A stretch of DNA of 64,000 bases, taken from assembly GCA_965645245.1 (NCBI GenBank), contig OZ287085.1, forward strand, positions 62,001 through 126,000, read 5' to 3'. How positions within the stretch are numbered: the first letter of the stretch is position 1; every line of letters begins with the position of its first letter. The notes under the pieces were generated by a model, which saw nothing but the letters and a program-made list of their open reading frames with translations, did not search any database and was not told the DNA's origin. Below are positions 11,112 to 22,916 of this stretch, piece by piece. Made by a program: the position numbers and the translations under genes. This stretch comes from Massalongia carnosa (taxonomy: Eukaryota).

Positions 11112-14100
11112 TCAATTTTCCACCGTCTCCATCGCATCAGCACGTCTGCTAGGAATCACTACTGCCATTGGCCAGCCAGGTGGAATCATGGACTGTCGGT
11201 CGTCCTCGTCCCCCCCATGGTTTATAGTCGGCCCCTGACTATTATGTTGCTCAGGTTCTTCTATCGGAGGTAAGTTAATATTTTGCCGAGCATGAAATGG
11301 TTTCAGTCGATTTCCTGCAAAGGTTCCAGCTAATAGGGTGCCGTCTAGTTCACATAGTTTGTAAGTTCCCTTATCAACAATTGTTTGTTGAATTTTATAT
11401 GGTCCCAACCACCTGAACGTTAGTTTGCCTGTGTGCTGATTGTCTAATTTAGTGTCGTGCAAAAGAATTAATTGACCCTCGGTGAGTTCAATTGATCTCA
11501 GATTGTTCAGAGTGTCAAAGGTCTCTTTGCCTTCCATTCTTTGTCTTTGCAGGAATAAAGCTGTCTCTTCCATGTCTTCATCCCTTCGCTGTATTTGTCT
11601 CGCACGCATAGCTAGCAATTCGTCTGTTGTATGAACTTCATTCCATGGTAATATTCTCCATGTTGGAATTTCCAGTTCAATTGGTAGAACAGCCTCATTG
11701 CCGCTATTCAGATCGAAAGGTGTGTTGCCGGTGCTAGCACGAACTGTTGTACGGTCGGCCCATAGTACTGCAGGAAGATTATCAACCCATTTGCCCATGC
11801 CTCCATTTGTCATTTTGGATAATGCTTGAACAACTGGCCGATGTCCCCGTTCTATCATGCCATTGGCTTGCGGATGATAGGCAGAAACAACTACTCTTTT
11901 GATACCATATCGATTTGCTAATTCGATAACAGCATCTTTGTTTTCTGGTCCACCATCAACAATCAGTTTTCCGAAGCACCCATGTCTGCATATAACATCT
12001 TCCCACAAGAATCTCGCGACATTCTGAGCGGTAGCTTTTCCTAGTGCTCTACCCTCGACCCATCCGGAAAAGTCATCTCTGGCCATAACAATATAGTGCT
12101 TGCCTCGACAAGCTGGCATGTGGACCACGTCTAAGCCAACCTTCTGCCACATGAAGGTAACCCATGTCGGATGAAGTGCTTCCTCGAGCCTAGTGGGGTC
12201 ACGTTTCTGACATTCCTCGCAGGACCGAACATAGCCTTTTACATCATCGTGCAATTGTTCCCACCAGTACCTGTCTGCTATGCGTCTGTATGTGCCCTCT
12301 CTGCCTCTATGTCCACTTTCGTCATGCAGCTGTTTCAATATTTCCAACTTCCGCTCATCGGAGTCTATCACTCTCCTGGAAGGTACGTTCTTGCTGTTTC
12401 GTCTATAAGGATGGCCATCTTGTACTCGATAGCGCAAGGCCTCGCTCTTAAACGCTCTAAACTCTTTGCGGTTTAGTCTAACCGGCTTTTGTAGTGATGT
12501 TAGAAATGCAGCGATTCTCTCGGACTTATCACTATATCCGGCCTTTAGCACTTTTTCGTCTGGCACCTCGTCTGCGGAGTTAACGGAAATTGGACAGGCC
12601 CTTAGTGAATTCAGTTCGGCATCTATGAAGTCGTCTATGTCTTGCTCCTGCTGTTCGGCCCGAATTTCTTCCTCAGTATGAGGTCGTCTAGACAGTCCAT
12701 CTGCTGCCGTATGTTTTCGGCCAGCAACATGTTTGACCTCGAAGTCAAACAGTCGTATCCATGCTATCCATCGGACTATCAGAGCACCAGGCAAATCGGT
12801 ACAAGCTCCATTCAATTGCGCCACTAGGACGTTGGCGTCTGTCTCCAACACAAAGTGAACTCCATATAGCCAGTGCCTTGTCTTTTTCAATGCCTTTAGA
12901 ACGCCTCGACACTCTCGCTTGGTTGCATCATATCGCTGTTCCACCTCGCTCCATACTCCGCTTTCGTACCGAATGGGGTGACGCTTGCCATCAAAGATTT
13001 GCATCAGTACAGCGCCCCATCCTTTCAAACTCGCATCCACAGCCAATATGATAAGTCCAGCTAGCTCGCTATAGTCAATGGTCTTTAGTGCTGGCGGAGA
13101 TGTCAGAGCTATCTTCAGCAAGTCCATTGCCTCGGTTTGTTCCATGCCCCATACAAAAGCAGCATCTTTCTTCAGCAGACGATATATTGGTTCAGCAACA
13201 ATGGCAAAGTCCAATATCCATATGCGATAGTACACACACACACCTATAAAAGCACGAGCGGAAGAAGCGTCGGTGCATATCGGCCACTCTAGAATTTTGA
13301 TAACCTTAGCGGTGTCCGGATGTCTACCATCGGAGTCGGTCACAAATCCTACTATCTTCAGACCGGCCATGCAAAATTGCGACTTTTCTCCGGAGATAGT
13401 GCATCCAGCCCTTTCTATGTCCGCGAGTACCCCATCTAGCCACATGAGATGTTCAAGCACGTACTTTCTGATGCCCGGTGCCACTTCTTCACCACCATAA
13501 TCAGTCTTCGGCCCCTTCACTCCGATGTCATCAAGGAAAGGTTTAGCACGGTTCGGAATGTGGTCCTGCAGTATCTTTGTCACTACCCGTACGAACTGTG
13601 CAACCGAATTGGTAGCTCCCATTGGTATAGATGTCATTCGCAATAGTCCTATTGGTGTCATGAAGGCGGTCATGTCTCGACTATGAACATCGAGTTCCAT
13701 TTGGTCATATCCTGAAAACAAGTCGATCAAGGAAGCGATGTAGCAGCCAGCAAAGTCCTCTGAGAATTCGTCTACCGAAGGTGGCAGATTTGCGTCTCGG
13801 ATGGTCACTTTGTTCATGTCTAGGGCCGCATTAATTAATCGGTACTTATTTTTCTCTTTCTTCTTCACTATGAACCATGGATTTCGATAGGGACCATGAC
13901 AAGGTTCCAACGTTCCTCGCTGCAGTCGGTCCTTCAGCATCTCTATCACCATCGGTACCAGGGCCCTTGGCAATGGGAATGATGGGGTCTGCCATGCCTC
14001 ATGTGGAATAGTGTTGATTTTACATGGTGGAGACACCTCAGGTTTGACTCTGCCCATCTCGGAAAACTCCCATGACAGCGCTGCTTCTCGGTTGTATAAC

Positions 14101-14699
14101 ATCTGGGTCAACACTTCTTTCTCAGCAGACGTCATACTGTCGCCCACTGTCATTCGCTGCAGCCGTTCCGGTGTCAATCGTGAGCCTTTGAATATTGTCG
14201 AGAACTTTGGAATTAGCCAATCAGGGAACTTTTCTGACTTTGGTAGGCCTCTCTCTTTCTCTAGCGCCTTCGCTTTCCAATCTGCTATTCCACCAGGTAT
14301 GGTGCCATCCGACTGGTCAGAATTCACTGGTCGAACCTTGACTGCCTTCCGTTTGTATGCCGTATCAACTCTCACACTACTCCGTCGCCCGAACACCCTG
14401 TTTTGATTGATCGTGTACATGTCGAATTTCCGAGAAAACCTCAGAGCCGAAAGTCCGACCGAGCCAATTGCACGCGACGGTGTGAAGGCGCGAACATAGT
14501 GGTCCATCGCCGCCTCTTCCGCACTAGTCGCTGTAGGAGTTAGGGCTATTTGATTTAATAGGCCGGGCCTGTTAAATGGAATGGAAGATTTATTCTCCGA
14601 TAGTCCAACCCTAAAACTCGACACTTTCGCTCTCTCCAGGTTTTTATTACTGCTACCAGCCATGGACCTGTTCTGCACATGGTGGCTAGCTAGTTTAAA
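11112..14699 (-). CDS. pol: Gypsy-1 Pol (RT-RNaseH-integrase), -1 frame to ORF1
   Basis: IDLFSGYDQ, FLDD, AVDAS, HDESGH..C..C, GLDVV, VDGGPE, QANGMIER and WLGPY motifs. Confidence 0.95.
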   Translation of the reverse strand, partial: FKLASHHVQNRSMAGSSNKNLERAKVSSFRVGLSENKSSIPFNRPGLLNQIALTPTATSAEEAAMDHYVRAFTPSRAIGSVGLSALRFSRKFDMYTINQNRVFGRRSSVRVDTAYKRKAVKVRPVNSDQSDGTIPGGIADWKAKALEKERGLPKSEKFPDWLIPKFSTIFKGSRLTPERLQRMTVGDSMTSAEKEVLTQMLYNREAALSWEFSEMGRVKPEVSPPCKINTIPHEAWQTPSFPLPRALVPMVIEMLKDRLQRGTLEPCHGPYRNPWFIVKKKEKNKYRLINAALDMNKVTIRDANLPPSVDEFSEDFAGCYIASLIDLFSGYDQMELDVHSRDMTAFMTPIGLLRMTSIPMGATNSVAQFVRVVTKILQDHIPNRAKPFLDDIGVKGPKTDYGGEEVAPGIRKYVLEHLMWLDGVLADIERAGCTISGEKSQFCMAGLKIVGFVTDSDGRHPDTAKVIKILEWPICTDASSARAFIGVCVYYRIWILDFAIVAEPIYRLLKKDAAFVWGMEQTEAMDLLKIALTSPPALKTIDYSELAGLIILAVDASLKGWGAVLMQIFDGKRHPIRYESGVWSEVEQRYDATKRECRGVLKALKKTRHWLYGVHFVLETDANVLVAQLNGACTDLPGALIVRWIAWIRLFDFEVKHVAGRKHTAADGLSRRPHTEEEIRAEQQEQDIDDFIDAELNSLRACPISVNSADEVPDEKVLKAGYSDKSERIAAFLTSLQKPVRLNRKEFRAFKSEALRYRVQDGHPYRRNSKNVPSRRVIDSDERKLEILKQLHDESGHRGREGTYRRIADRYWWEQLHDDVKGYVRSCEECQKRDPTRLEEALHPTWVTFMWQKVGLDVVHMPACRGKHYIVMARDDFSGWVEGRALGKATAQNVARFLWEDVICRHGCFGKLIVDGGPENKDAVIELANRYGIKRVVVSAYHPQANGMIERGHRPVVQALSKMTNGGMGKWVDNLPAVLWADRTTVRASTGNTPFDLNSGNEAVLPIELEIPTWRILPWNEVHTTDELLAMRARQIQRRDEDMEETALFLQRQRMEGKETFDTLNNLRSIELTEGQLILLHDTKLDNQHTGKLTFRWLGPYKIQQTIVDKGTYKLCELDGTLLAGTFAGNRLKPFHARQNINLPPIEEPEQHNSQGPTINHGGDEDDRQSMIPPGWPMAVVIPSRRADAMETVEN

Positions 14700-17600
14700 G
14701 TTTCGTCTCGGTTCTCCGGAAACAGGTCCTCTGCTGTATGGAGTTTGCTACCAGGATCGGAAGTCGCTATGAACTTAGCAGTTCGTTTCCCATCTTCAGC
14801 ATGTATGGTGCATTCTACCTCGTTGTTACGGTAGTCCAAGCCCACACGCATCTGGTGAAGATAAGGTTGTCCTAGCACTAGTTGATGGTCCGCAGCATCA
14901 ATGACAAATATGTGGTTAAGCGACGCTACTCCGCCAATATCAACCTCCACGTTTTCACACACCCCGAGGAATTCCTTTCTATGTCCGGTATGGGAAATTA
15001 GATTGATATTTGGGTAAGGTCGCATGGCCAGACCCTCGCGCTTAGCGACATCATATGTCATCACGTTCACTTCGGCACCTGAGTCAAGAAGAGACTTATA
15101 TCGGCCTCCATCACCAACTCGCACTTTGGCTTTAGGTGTCGACCTTGTATATGCTCTGCGGAGTAGTGGATCCCGAATGCCGATAGAGCCGATTTTTACC
15201 GTTGGACCGTCCTGTCTTTCTGCTTCCGTATTTCGTGTCACTTTGTTAACTACCGATTTAAACATGGGTAACATGGCTATGATATTGCCATTGGTCAGTC
15301 CTCCAGTACCAGCTGCTAGCGATTGCAGATAGCGGCCCTGTATCAAGTCCACGTTGAACTCTCGTCTCGCTATCTTCAGGAATTCTTCTGCACCTATCTT
15401 TTCTATGGCGTCTCGAACTTCTCCACGAATAGGTGCCCTCAGCACTCCGGTACCCGGCTTCTTCTTTCCGCCGCCTTTCCCAGCTAGACCTGCTTCTGTC
15501 ATTTCCACATCTTCTTCTATAGGGTCAGCAAATGTTACCCGAGGTTCTGCCGCGGAAGCTCTGTCGGTTGGTTTTGATTGGTCAAGACTATCATTCCGAC
15601 GTTCTACCGACGTAGGAAGCGGACTCCAATTGCCATATCTAGGTGCTTTCGGTACTGCGAAATGGTCCTCGCGCTCAGCCCTGCGTTTCAGAATTCGTTT
15701 AGCCGGCTCTTTCCAGTTCTCCTCAGCAGGTTTATTGTTTTCGGTCCTAGCCGAGTTGATAGAGGTAGTATGTTCGATGATCGTCACCTCCGGGTCCCAT
15801 TCTTCGTCAAAAGAAAAGTCATCTGCACTATCCTCGCCTATTCGAACCGTGTGCACTTCGGCATTTTGTCCAGCTTGACTAAATTGATTGGCCAACATCT
15901 TCGCACGTCTAATGGACTCTTTTTGTGTCACACCCGGTAAATGCCGAATTGGGTTGGAATATGTACCCATCGGTCCCAGACAGAGCAGGCCTTTCTCATT
16001 CAGATGGATAACACCATTCCTTTGGTCAGCGTCGAAGTCTGGACAGTCTCTTCGCCTGTCATGCAGTACCTTCTCTCCACAATAGTTGCAGCTTTCGTCG
16101 CTACCATATTGATGGTCATGCTGTTGTCTCTGTCCGTCATAGGATGACTGTCTATGTGGTGATTGGGAACGGTTCCGACTCTGCTGACTCTGCTGACTAT
16201 TCTGATTGGCCGGTCGCATTTGAGCTCCGGTGGCAAGGACTAATGCATCGAACTTATTGGTCAGGTCCATGATAGTTTTCTCCGTGGACTTCGATAGGCT
16301 AACAGTAGTCGAGTCTGCTACTGGTGGACTAAGCGAGTTCATGATATTTTCATGACCGTCTAGCACTATCTTTTTGTCGAACTGGTCGGCTAGAGCACTA
16401 TATTTATCGGTTACACTCTTCTCGGTCCGCATCACCTCCTTATATTTCATTCTCGCCTCTACTAGTGTCAGAGTCTTTTTCACCAGTCCATCAAAGTCCT
16501 TCATCACATTATCGTCGAAATCAACACCTCGGCGAAAGAACAACTCTTCGCGTATGTCAGCAGGAAGACCTTGCATGAACCACTGATTTCGTGTGTAAAT
16601 GTCTAGCTTCTCTTGACTAATTAGGGCTTTGGATATGGCACCGAACTTCCGACAGAAGTTCCGCACATCATCGTCGCTAGTGCGTACTTTGTCCTTGTAT
16701 GACTCTAGAAACGGTCGAGAATTCACCTGCTGAATGCTATCGCCAGCCTTGTACTCTTTCTTCATCACCTTGCTCAGCTGTGTCCATCTTCTCTCCACAA
16801 AGTCCGGAAGCGACTCAATGGTCTGGCCAATTAGCATGTCGCAATAACGGGGCAACCTACGAATCTTCTCATTGTTTCCGACATGATAGTCCTCACACAT
16901 ATCCTCGTACCGACTCAGGAACTCCGACACATTTTTACCTTGAAAGAATGGAGTGCCAGGAGTGCCTGGTTGAGGCATGGTCATCACAAATCCAAAGGGT
17001 CCAGCGGACATGGCTGGTCTATTTCCAAAAGACTCGGGGCTTGTCGACGATGGTGTGGTCATGGTGCTCTCTGCCTCGTGACTAGGTTGACCTTCGGTTG
17101 TAGGTATGATAGTCGATGGACTATCTCGGCTCGCAGGTGGAGCAGGACTATCAGTTCGCGTACGTGCCTCGTTAGTGTTTCGGACGCTAATGACAAGTTG
17201 CTCAAGAAGAGGAATGAGGTTTGTAACGATTTTTGTCAGCTGTGAGGTAGTTGTTTCTTTGTCGTCAGAGGTTGGGATATGACTACTCGGCTGACAATAG
17301 TATTGATGACAATGCGAAACAGGATGATGAGTATACGTCTCTCCTGCAGACGAATGACCAATAGGAGCTTGCTTAGTCGGCTCGAAACAATGATATGACA
17401 AACAAGGACAAGTATGTGTCTGGTACGGTGGAGGTAGGTCGAAATGTCTGTGGTGCAGAGGTGCTGGTGCCGCCTCCGTATGCAGACGTTGTCTGTTATA
17501 GCAATGCGCTCTGCTTTCTCTCTCGGTATTGTCAACTGGTGAATAGGAAGTTTGATATGAATTGTACGAATGGGTAGAATGGAGTGGCTGCGCTATTCTG

Positions 17601-17746
17601 CCATCGGAGGGAAATGAGGCTACTTTTATGTCTACTCCGTGTCGTTTTGTCTCTCGGTTCCCGACGCTGGCTAATCTCCTAGCAGGAATGCGATACCGCT
17701 CAGGCCCCATGTCTGTGGGTACACTATATTTTTGCCACTGTCGCAC
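14690..17746 (-). CDS. gag: Gypsy-1 ORF1: Gag + aspartic protease (true start uncertain)
   Basis: PGTPFFQGKNVSEFL, CNYC..H....C knuckle and LLDSGAEVNVM protease motif. Confidence 0.88.
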   Translation of the reverse strand: MRQWQKYSVPTDMGPERYRIPARRLASVGNRETKRHGVDIKVASFPSDGRIAQPLHSTHSYNSYQTSYSPVDNTERESRAHCYNRQRLHTEAAPAPLHHRHFDLPPPYQTHTCPCLSYHCFEPTKQAPIGHSSAGETYTHHPVSHCHQYYCQPSSHIPTSDDKETTTSQLTKIVTNLIPLLEQLVISVRNTNEARTRTDSPAPPASRDSPSTIIPTTEGQPSHEAESTMTTPSSTSPESFGNRPAMSAGPFGFVMTMPQPGTPGTPFFQGKNVSEFLSRYEDMCEDYHVGNNEKIRRLPRYCDMLIGQTIESLPDFVERRWTQLSKVMKKEYKAGDSIQQVNSRPFLESYKDKVRTSDDDVRNFCRKFGAISKALISQEKLDIYTRNQWFMQGLPADIREELFFRRGVDFDDNVMKDFDGLVKKTLTLVEARMKYKEVMRTEKSVTDKYSALADQFDKKIVLDGHENIMNSLSPPVADSTTVSLSKSTEKTIMDLTNKFDALVLATGAQMRPANQNSQQSQQSRNRSQSPHRQSSYDGQRQQHDHQYGSDESCNYCGEKVLHDRRRDCPDFDADQRNGVIHLNEKGLLCLGPMGTYSNPIRHLPGVTQKESIRRAKMLANQFSQAGQNAEVHTVRIGEDSADDFSFDEEWDPEVTIIEHTTSINSARTENNKPAEENWKEPAKRILKRRAEREDHFAVPKAPRYGNWSPLPTSVERRNDSLDQSKPTDRASAAEPRVTFADPIEEDVEMTEAGLAGKGGGKKKPGTGVLRAPIRGEVRDAIEKIGAEEFLKIARREFNVDLIQGRYLQSLAAGTGGLTNGNIIAMLPMFKSVVNKVTRNTEAERQDGPTVKIGSIGIRDPLLRRAYTRSTPKAKVRVGDGGRYKSLLDSGAEVNVMTYDVAKREGLAMRPYPNINLISHTGHRKEFLGVCENVEVDIGGVASLNHIFVIDAADHQLVLGQPYLHQMRVGLDYRNNEVECTIHAEDGKRTAKFIATSDPGSKLHTAEDLFPENRDETLN

Positions 17747-20700
17747 TCACGCCGTCGCTAAATCATTGAGGCATTCGCTAAATGTGGCGATGTTCTCAAA
17801 CGGGATTAGTCTGTCGACTTCAACTGCCGAGTCGCAATTCCGAGGCTCCTGATTGGTCCGGTCCGTAATGCCGTCACTTTTCCGTCTTTCTTCGTCTCGA
17901 TGTCAATTCTTTTAGTACCTAGACCGTCTCCACCGTGTCGCAAGCTGTATGGGGTCGTCCCGTCGCTATGTCCGAGTCCGCGCGTTCTTGAGAGGTCTGT
18001 TCGTGCCTCGTTGTCAGGGTCAAATGGATGCCCCCGTTCTTTCTGTCTTTCTCCGGTCACTGTATGTCGTTTTTCCACTATCTCTAGATATCTGTACGCT
18101 GTCGCTATTTCCTGTCGCTGTCGCTGTCGCTGTAAGTCTACTGTCTGTCTCACATGTCTGTCTAGACTCGTCGTTTGATTCCTGCTCCCGGTCAAATAGA
18201 GATCGCACCGTGGTCGCCAAATGTGGAAGGATGAACTGGGTGGTGTGCGTGGTCCACTACTGCTAGGAGTGCAAGAGAACAAACAAACAAGAGAAGAACA
18301 GAACAATAGAATAAGGACAATAGCTAGATTGGTCTCTGTATGCCTCGTGCCTCGTGCCTCGTGCCTGTGAACTGTATGTGTTGATGCTATGTGTTGTAGC
18401 TATTGCTACGAGCATGCTTGCTCTATAAGGAAAAGAACTATCTATAACTAAACTAAAAGAAAGACTGTCACCTGACTTCCCCGCTACCTTTACCGAGTAT
18501 CAACCGAAAAGAACCAACTCCCGAACCGCTAGCAATTTGAATTTAGAGTATCACCGCTCCACCCCCCTACAATGTAACATGCGATCAATGACCTCGATAT
18601 CAAGACTGTACCTATCGGTCCCGTTGCGAATAGCCAGCTTCAGCTGGGTGTTGAGATTTCCTTTATCCCTATACCCATGAACGATTAGGTTGGCTCCCGC
18701 GCCAGGACGCTTGTATGTCAAGCGGTGAATCATTCAATGATAGCAATGACAATTGAATATCACAGGCTTGTCGGATGCGAAGATAGAGGACTACTGCGCA
18801 TCGCTAAGGCCCTGGGGATGTTGTTCTGGGGATATGAGCTTGAAAAGATCGATCACATTTACAAATCGTATTTGGAGATCCGGGAGATGCTCGCGGAGTA
18901 GAGCCGTTGCTGCGAGGGCTTCTACTGTTGGCACGTCACCACATCCTGCCATTACGACATCTGGAGAGTAGCCTTGATCATTGAATGTCCAGTCCTATAT
19001 TCCAATGCCTTTTGTGCAATGTGCGAAGGCGTCATCCATGGAGAGATATTGTAGGTGGTTTTGCTTGTCTGCTACGATGAAGTTGACGTAGTTGGTACTG
19101 CGGAGACAATTACCATCTGGTGGGAGGTAGGTTCGCACGACTTCCGGACTCTTGTTCGCTACAACGTCGAGAAAACCAGGAACTTGGTGCATAAAGCCGT
19201 TGTGGCCTTGTTGCCAAACTGTGGCGGTTATGAGGATGTTGAGGAAGGAAGCCTTGGCTCGTCATTCGACTTCGTTGCATTTTTCGAGTCATTTGCAATG
19301 TTGGTTGATCATAGAGTCAATGAGGTGGACGAAGGGCTCGTAGGTCTTAAGGAGACCGTGGCGGCCTGACAGGATGTAGCCTTCTAGCCATCCTTCAACT
19401 GTATGCTCGCTGAGAATTTTCATGATACGCCCGCTGAAGACTAGATTTCCGCCATCTGCATGCTCGTCCATATAATCGCCTATTCAAACCTTCTTAGAAA
19501 CTTTGTACAGCCCTTCAAGCTGGTTTCATTCCGTCTCGTCCGGGCCGAATATGCGCAGACTTTGCATATTTGCTGCGAGGAGTTCTCGCAAGAAGATTGT
19601 CATATTGAACAACCTTGGGTCATCTGTAACTTCAGGCACAATTTGATCGAGTTTGTACCCTCGAACGTCTGGCATACCTAACGCCTTTCGCAGTACACCA
19701 CCACTGCCGACGGAATTCGCACTCATACGATGAATGCCGCTTGATGCAAGTTGCTTCAGTTCAGGAATCAGCCGTGCCTCTTCATCGAAGACTTCTTCCG
19801 GCTTGTAGCTAGCTACACATCCATTATTCAAGTACAGCGAGGTGCTTTGGATTGGTATCCACATCGATAACTGAATTCTGATGAGCTCGCTAGAAGCCCT
19901 CGAGATAGTGATCATCAACTTGTCGTGGTGCGGTCCATCCCTTCGGGCTGCTGAGGATGATCATAGGTCAGTGTGAACGGAAAGCTTTACCTGAGACGCG
20001 AACCTGATCTTGTTGATTGCGGATCTCGAGGACGCAACGCTTCATGATAGCTGCCATTGCTTGATGCATGATCGCATGATCACTTCCTTCAACGAAGTAT
20101 GATGTTCACTCATAGCCGATGAAGAGGCATTCCAACTCCTTGTGGCTTATCCTTGACCAGATCGATGAGTCATAGATCTTATTCACTGAGATGCAACACA
20201 GAAGAGCTGCATTATCGTTGATGAAGTTGAGATACTTAAGGTTGTGCCAACTGATGACTAGAGAACTTGTCTCCGCTTCAAGATCCTCAACCATCGTCAA
20301 GGTTATAGTATTAGGATTGTCGAACACAGTTCTAAAAGCATGAAAAATCGAGTAAACGAGCTCCTCGCCCTCATGCACACGTGCTGGAGTCTCAGGAGTA
20401 GCATGGATATCAACTCCGCCTGGGAAAGGAGAGCTGCTTGAAGAACTTCCTCATGCCCTCTACATCCTCAGTGATATCAGGATAGACCTCCGAGTAAGTC
20501 CCTCGAGATAGGCCTGAGAGAGCACAGCAGAAGCGCCATGTCCAGATCCAGATATGAAAAGGGCGTTCAAGTCATATTGCTTGATCAATCGATTCATATG
20601 AGTCCATGTGAAAGCTTGACCTACATCTGAGCCCTAGTGTCCCAGCCAACGAGCTTTGAGATGTTAAACTCCAAGAGGCTCCTTCAAGAGAGGATTCTGG

Positions 20701-21900
20701 CGTAGATAAAGCAAGCGGAGACATAAACAGAGGCTGGCTGAGAAGTAGGCGTCCATCCGACGAACCTCATCTTCGCCGAGGGACTCGCCTTTGACTGTTG
20801 AGCGTGCGGGGCCGTATGAAGAAATATTTTCCACTACTGCGTGAGCAGTGTCATCTGTAATCCGCGCCATGGCGTTCTATGCCTTATTGTCAGGATCTGT
20901 ATCCGTCAATGAATGAGCTGAGTTGAGTATAAGCGCAACGACCAGCTTTGTTTACGGTACGCCTTGAGATCGCGTCTTCAAGGACGGGAGCCACAGGCAC
21001 AGATGTAAAAGGTGATAGTTGGCCTCTCGTATGACCCCGCTCGTACGATTTATGAAATTTGCGGCGAATCTGAGGCTCATCCCGCCGTTTCCACTAAGCA
21101 TCACCTGACCTCAACCTCACACGTGCCATACTAAGCTACGTCTAGCCATAACTTACACTTCCATCATTATTACTTACTAGTTTCTTGACACGATTAGTCA
21201 TAGTCATATACCTAGTGCTAGTTCATGTGACCTCGTATTGCTTCTATTTCTAAGGTTGGCGGAAACACAGCGATCTGCACCTCGCTGGCGCCGTCACTCT
21301 CGCCGGCGCCTCTACCTAGCGCCCCCTTTCGGGCCTTGGTGCAGATCGCGGTGGATACTCCCTCTACCTCTGCGGCTGAGACCTGGAGTGGGTGGGCGGG
21401 TCAAAAACTACTATGCAGTGCTACCTCCGAATCCGAGATGATGAGGAGATGTAGGACTGCTTTGGCCCTCTATATAGCCTCCATCTCCCCCCTGTCATCC
21501 ATCCATCCCTATCCGATCCCCCGTCGTTATCCGAACCAGCTCCTGGCGGATAACCGTGCAAAACCGAAGAGGTCCGGATTTTGCATCACCTGTTGTCCCC
21601 GTCATGCGTGGAGAACCGCTGGTAGCCGATCCGCTGGTGGCCGAATCCGCTGGTAGCCGAATCCGCTGGTAGCCGAATAGCATCGGTCCCGCACTAGCTC
21701 TCGCCATAGACGAACTAGCTAGTTCATGTGACCTCGTATTGCTTCTATTTCTAAGGTTGGCGGAAACACAGCGATCTGCACCTCGCTGGCGCCGTCACTC
21801 TCGCCGGCGCCTCTACCTAGCGCCCCCTTTCGGGCCTTGGTGCAGATCGCGGTGGATACTCCCAAGCCCAAGATGGAAACGGCTCGCGCGGCGATGCTGT

Positions 21901-22916
21901 TTAGGAGGCTGAGGGAGGGTGTTGAAAACGGCGTGAGGTGGCTAAGATGTGGGATTGATGCGTTTGGATATAAAGCTTGTAGGAGTCTGACTTCCACCGG
22001 CCTAGTAATTGAATGTCGTTCTCGCTAAGACCGACTTCCTTGGCCGACGTCGCTGCACCTCTTCGGAAAGAGTGACCTGAATAATTACCTGTTATGCCTA
22101 AGCTCTTAAGCCCTGATCGCATCGCGGTGGTCAAATATTCGCGTGTGAAAGCCTTTTGTTTATAGAATAAAGGGGAGGTTGCAGGTAGTGGAAACCGGGT
22201 GATCAAATTACGAAGGGATTTTACCGCGCAGGCCTCGTCCCCTGATGCGGCTATCGTTAGCGTAATGCCTCGACGAAAGGGGTCGGTTTTGGACGCCGGC
22301 AAGGAGAGGAACAGCTTATCTGCTTCTAAGTGGACGGATTTCCTAGTTAAATGCCATGATTCGAAGCTTGGGTCTGTTAGGTCTCTGATAGTGTACGTAA
22401 ATTCGCCTGCGCGAAGAAATCCTGCGAATGCCAGACAGTATGCTGCGTGTAGAGTGGCCTGCGCGTTGTCGGTTAAGTCCAATCGTTTCACTAAACGAAG
22501 GAGTATGTTTTTCGTAATGGGCATTCGCTCTTTCTTGTCGGCTTCGCCATTCTTTCGCTTTATGCCGGCAATGATTCTATTTAGTACGGGATGGTGAAAC
22601 GTTTCTAGATCCTCAAAGCCCGTGTCGACTTGGCTGGACCGAACTCCGGCTAGATAGGCCTTGATGGTTTTGGGCTGTATTTTGTGTTCTCCTAGCATCG
22701 CTATCCAAGATGACAAAGTCTGTATGGTTGCCGGAAATGGAGTCGCGTTCATTGATATTCTGCAGTGTGTTACATAGCTTCTTCTCCCTGTGTCATACAG
22801 ACTGCGGGTTTTGACTGCCAAGCCCCACCACAGGTATCTAGCTGCTGGTCGGGATAGAGGTATTTCGCTATACCAGCTTTCGGGAGGGTCGCGTGCTAGG
22901 ATTTGAGTAGAAGTTC
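21901..22916 (-). CDS. Ngaro-2 tyrosine recombinase (probably a spliced exon)
   Basis: FLRAGE, SKTDPFRRG, HSFRRGAAT and GRWKSDSYKLY motifs. Confidence 0.93.

Larger units (their letters stand above)
9840..18571 (-). mobile_element. Ty3/Gypsy LTR retrotransposon 1, apparently intact
   Basis: 350-bp LTRs 9840-10189 and 18222-18571 (TG..CA, no differences seen by eye). TSD ATGT; PBS 18202-18220; PPT 10190-10207. Empty site at ~30741-30755. Confidence 0.96.
1275..20799. repeat. Left arm of inverted duplication (interrupted by solo LTR, Ngaro-1/Tc1 and Gypsy-1)
   Basis: After removing the insertions, the sequence is the reverse complement of 28664-33534 (e.g. 2666-3500 vs 31400-32235; 18576-20799 vs 28664-30745). 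Confidence 0.93.
9641..20870 (-). pseudogene. xfp: Xylulose-5-P/fructose-6-P phosphoketolase pseudogene (left copy, split by Gypsy-1)
   Basis: YLRQNPLLKEPL, GH(W>*)[44 protein letters not shown]-like and HGYRDKG motifs, with many frameshifts. Confidence 0.88.
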
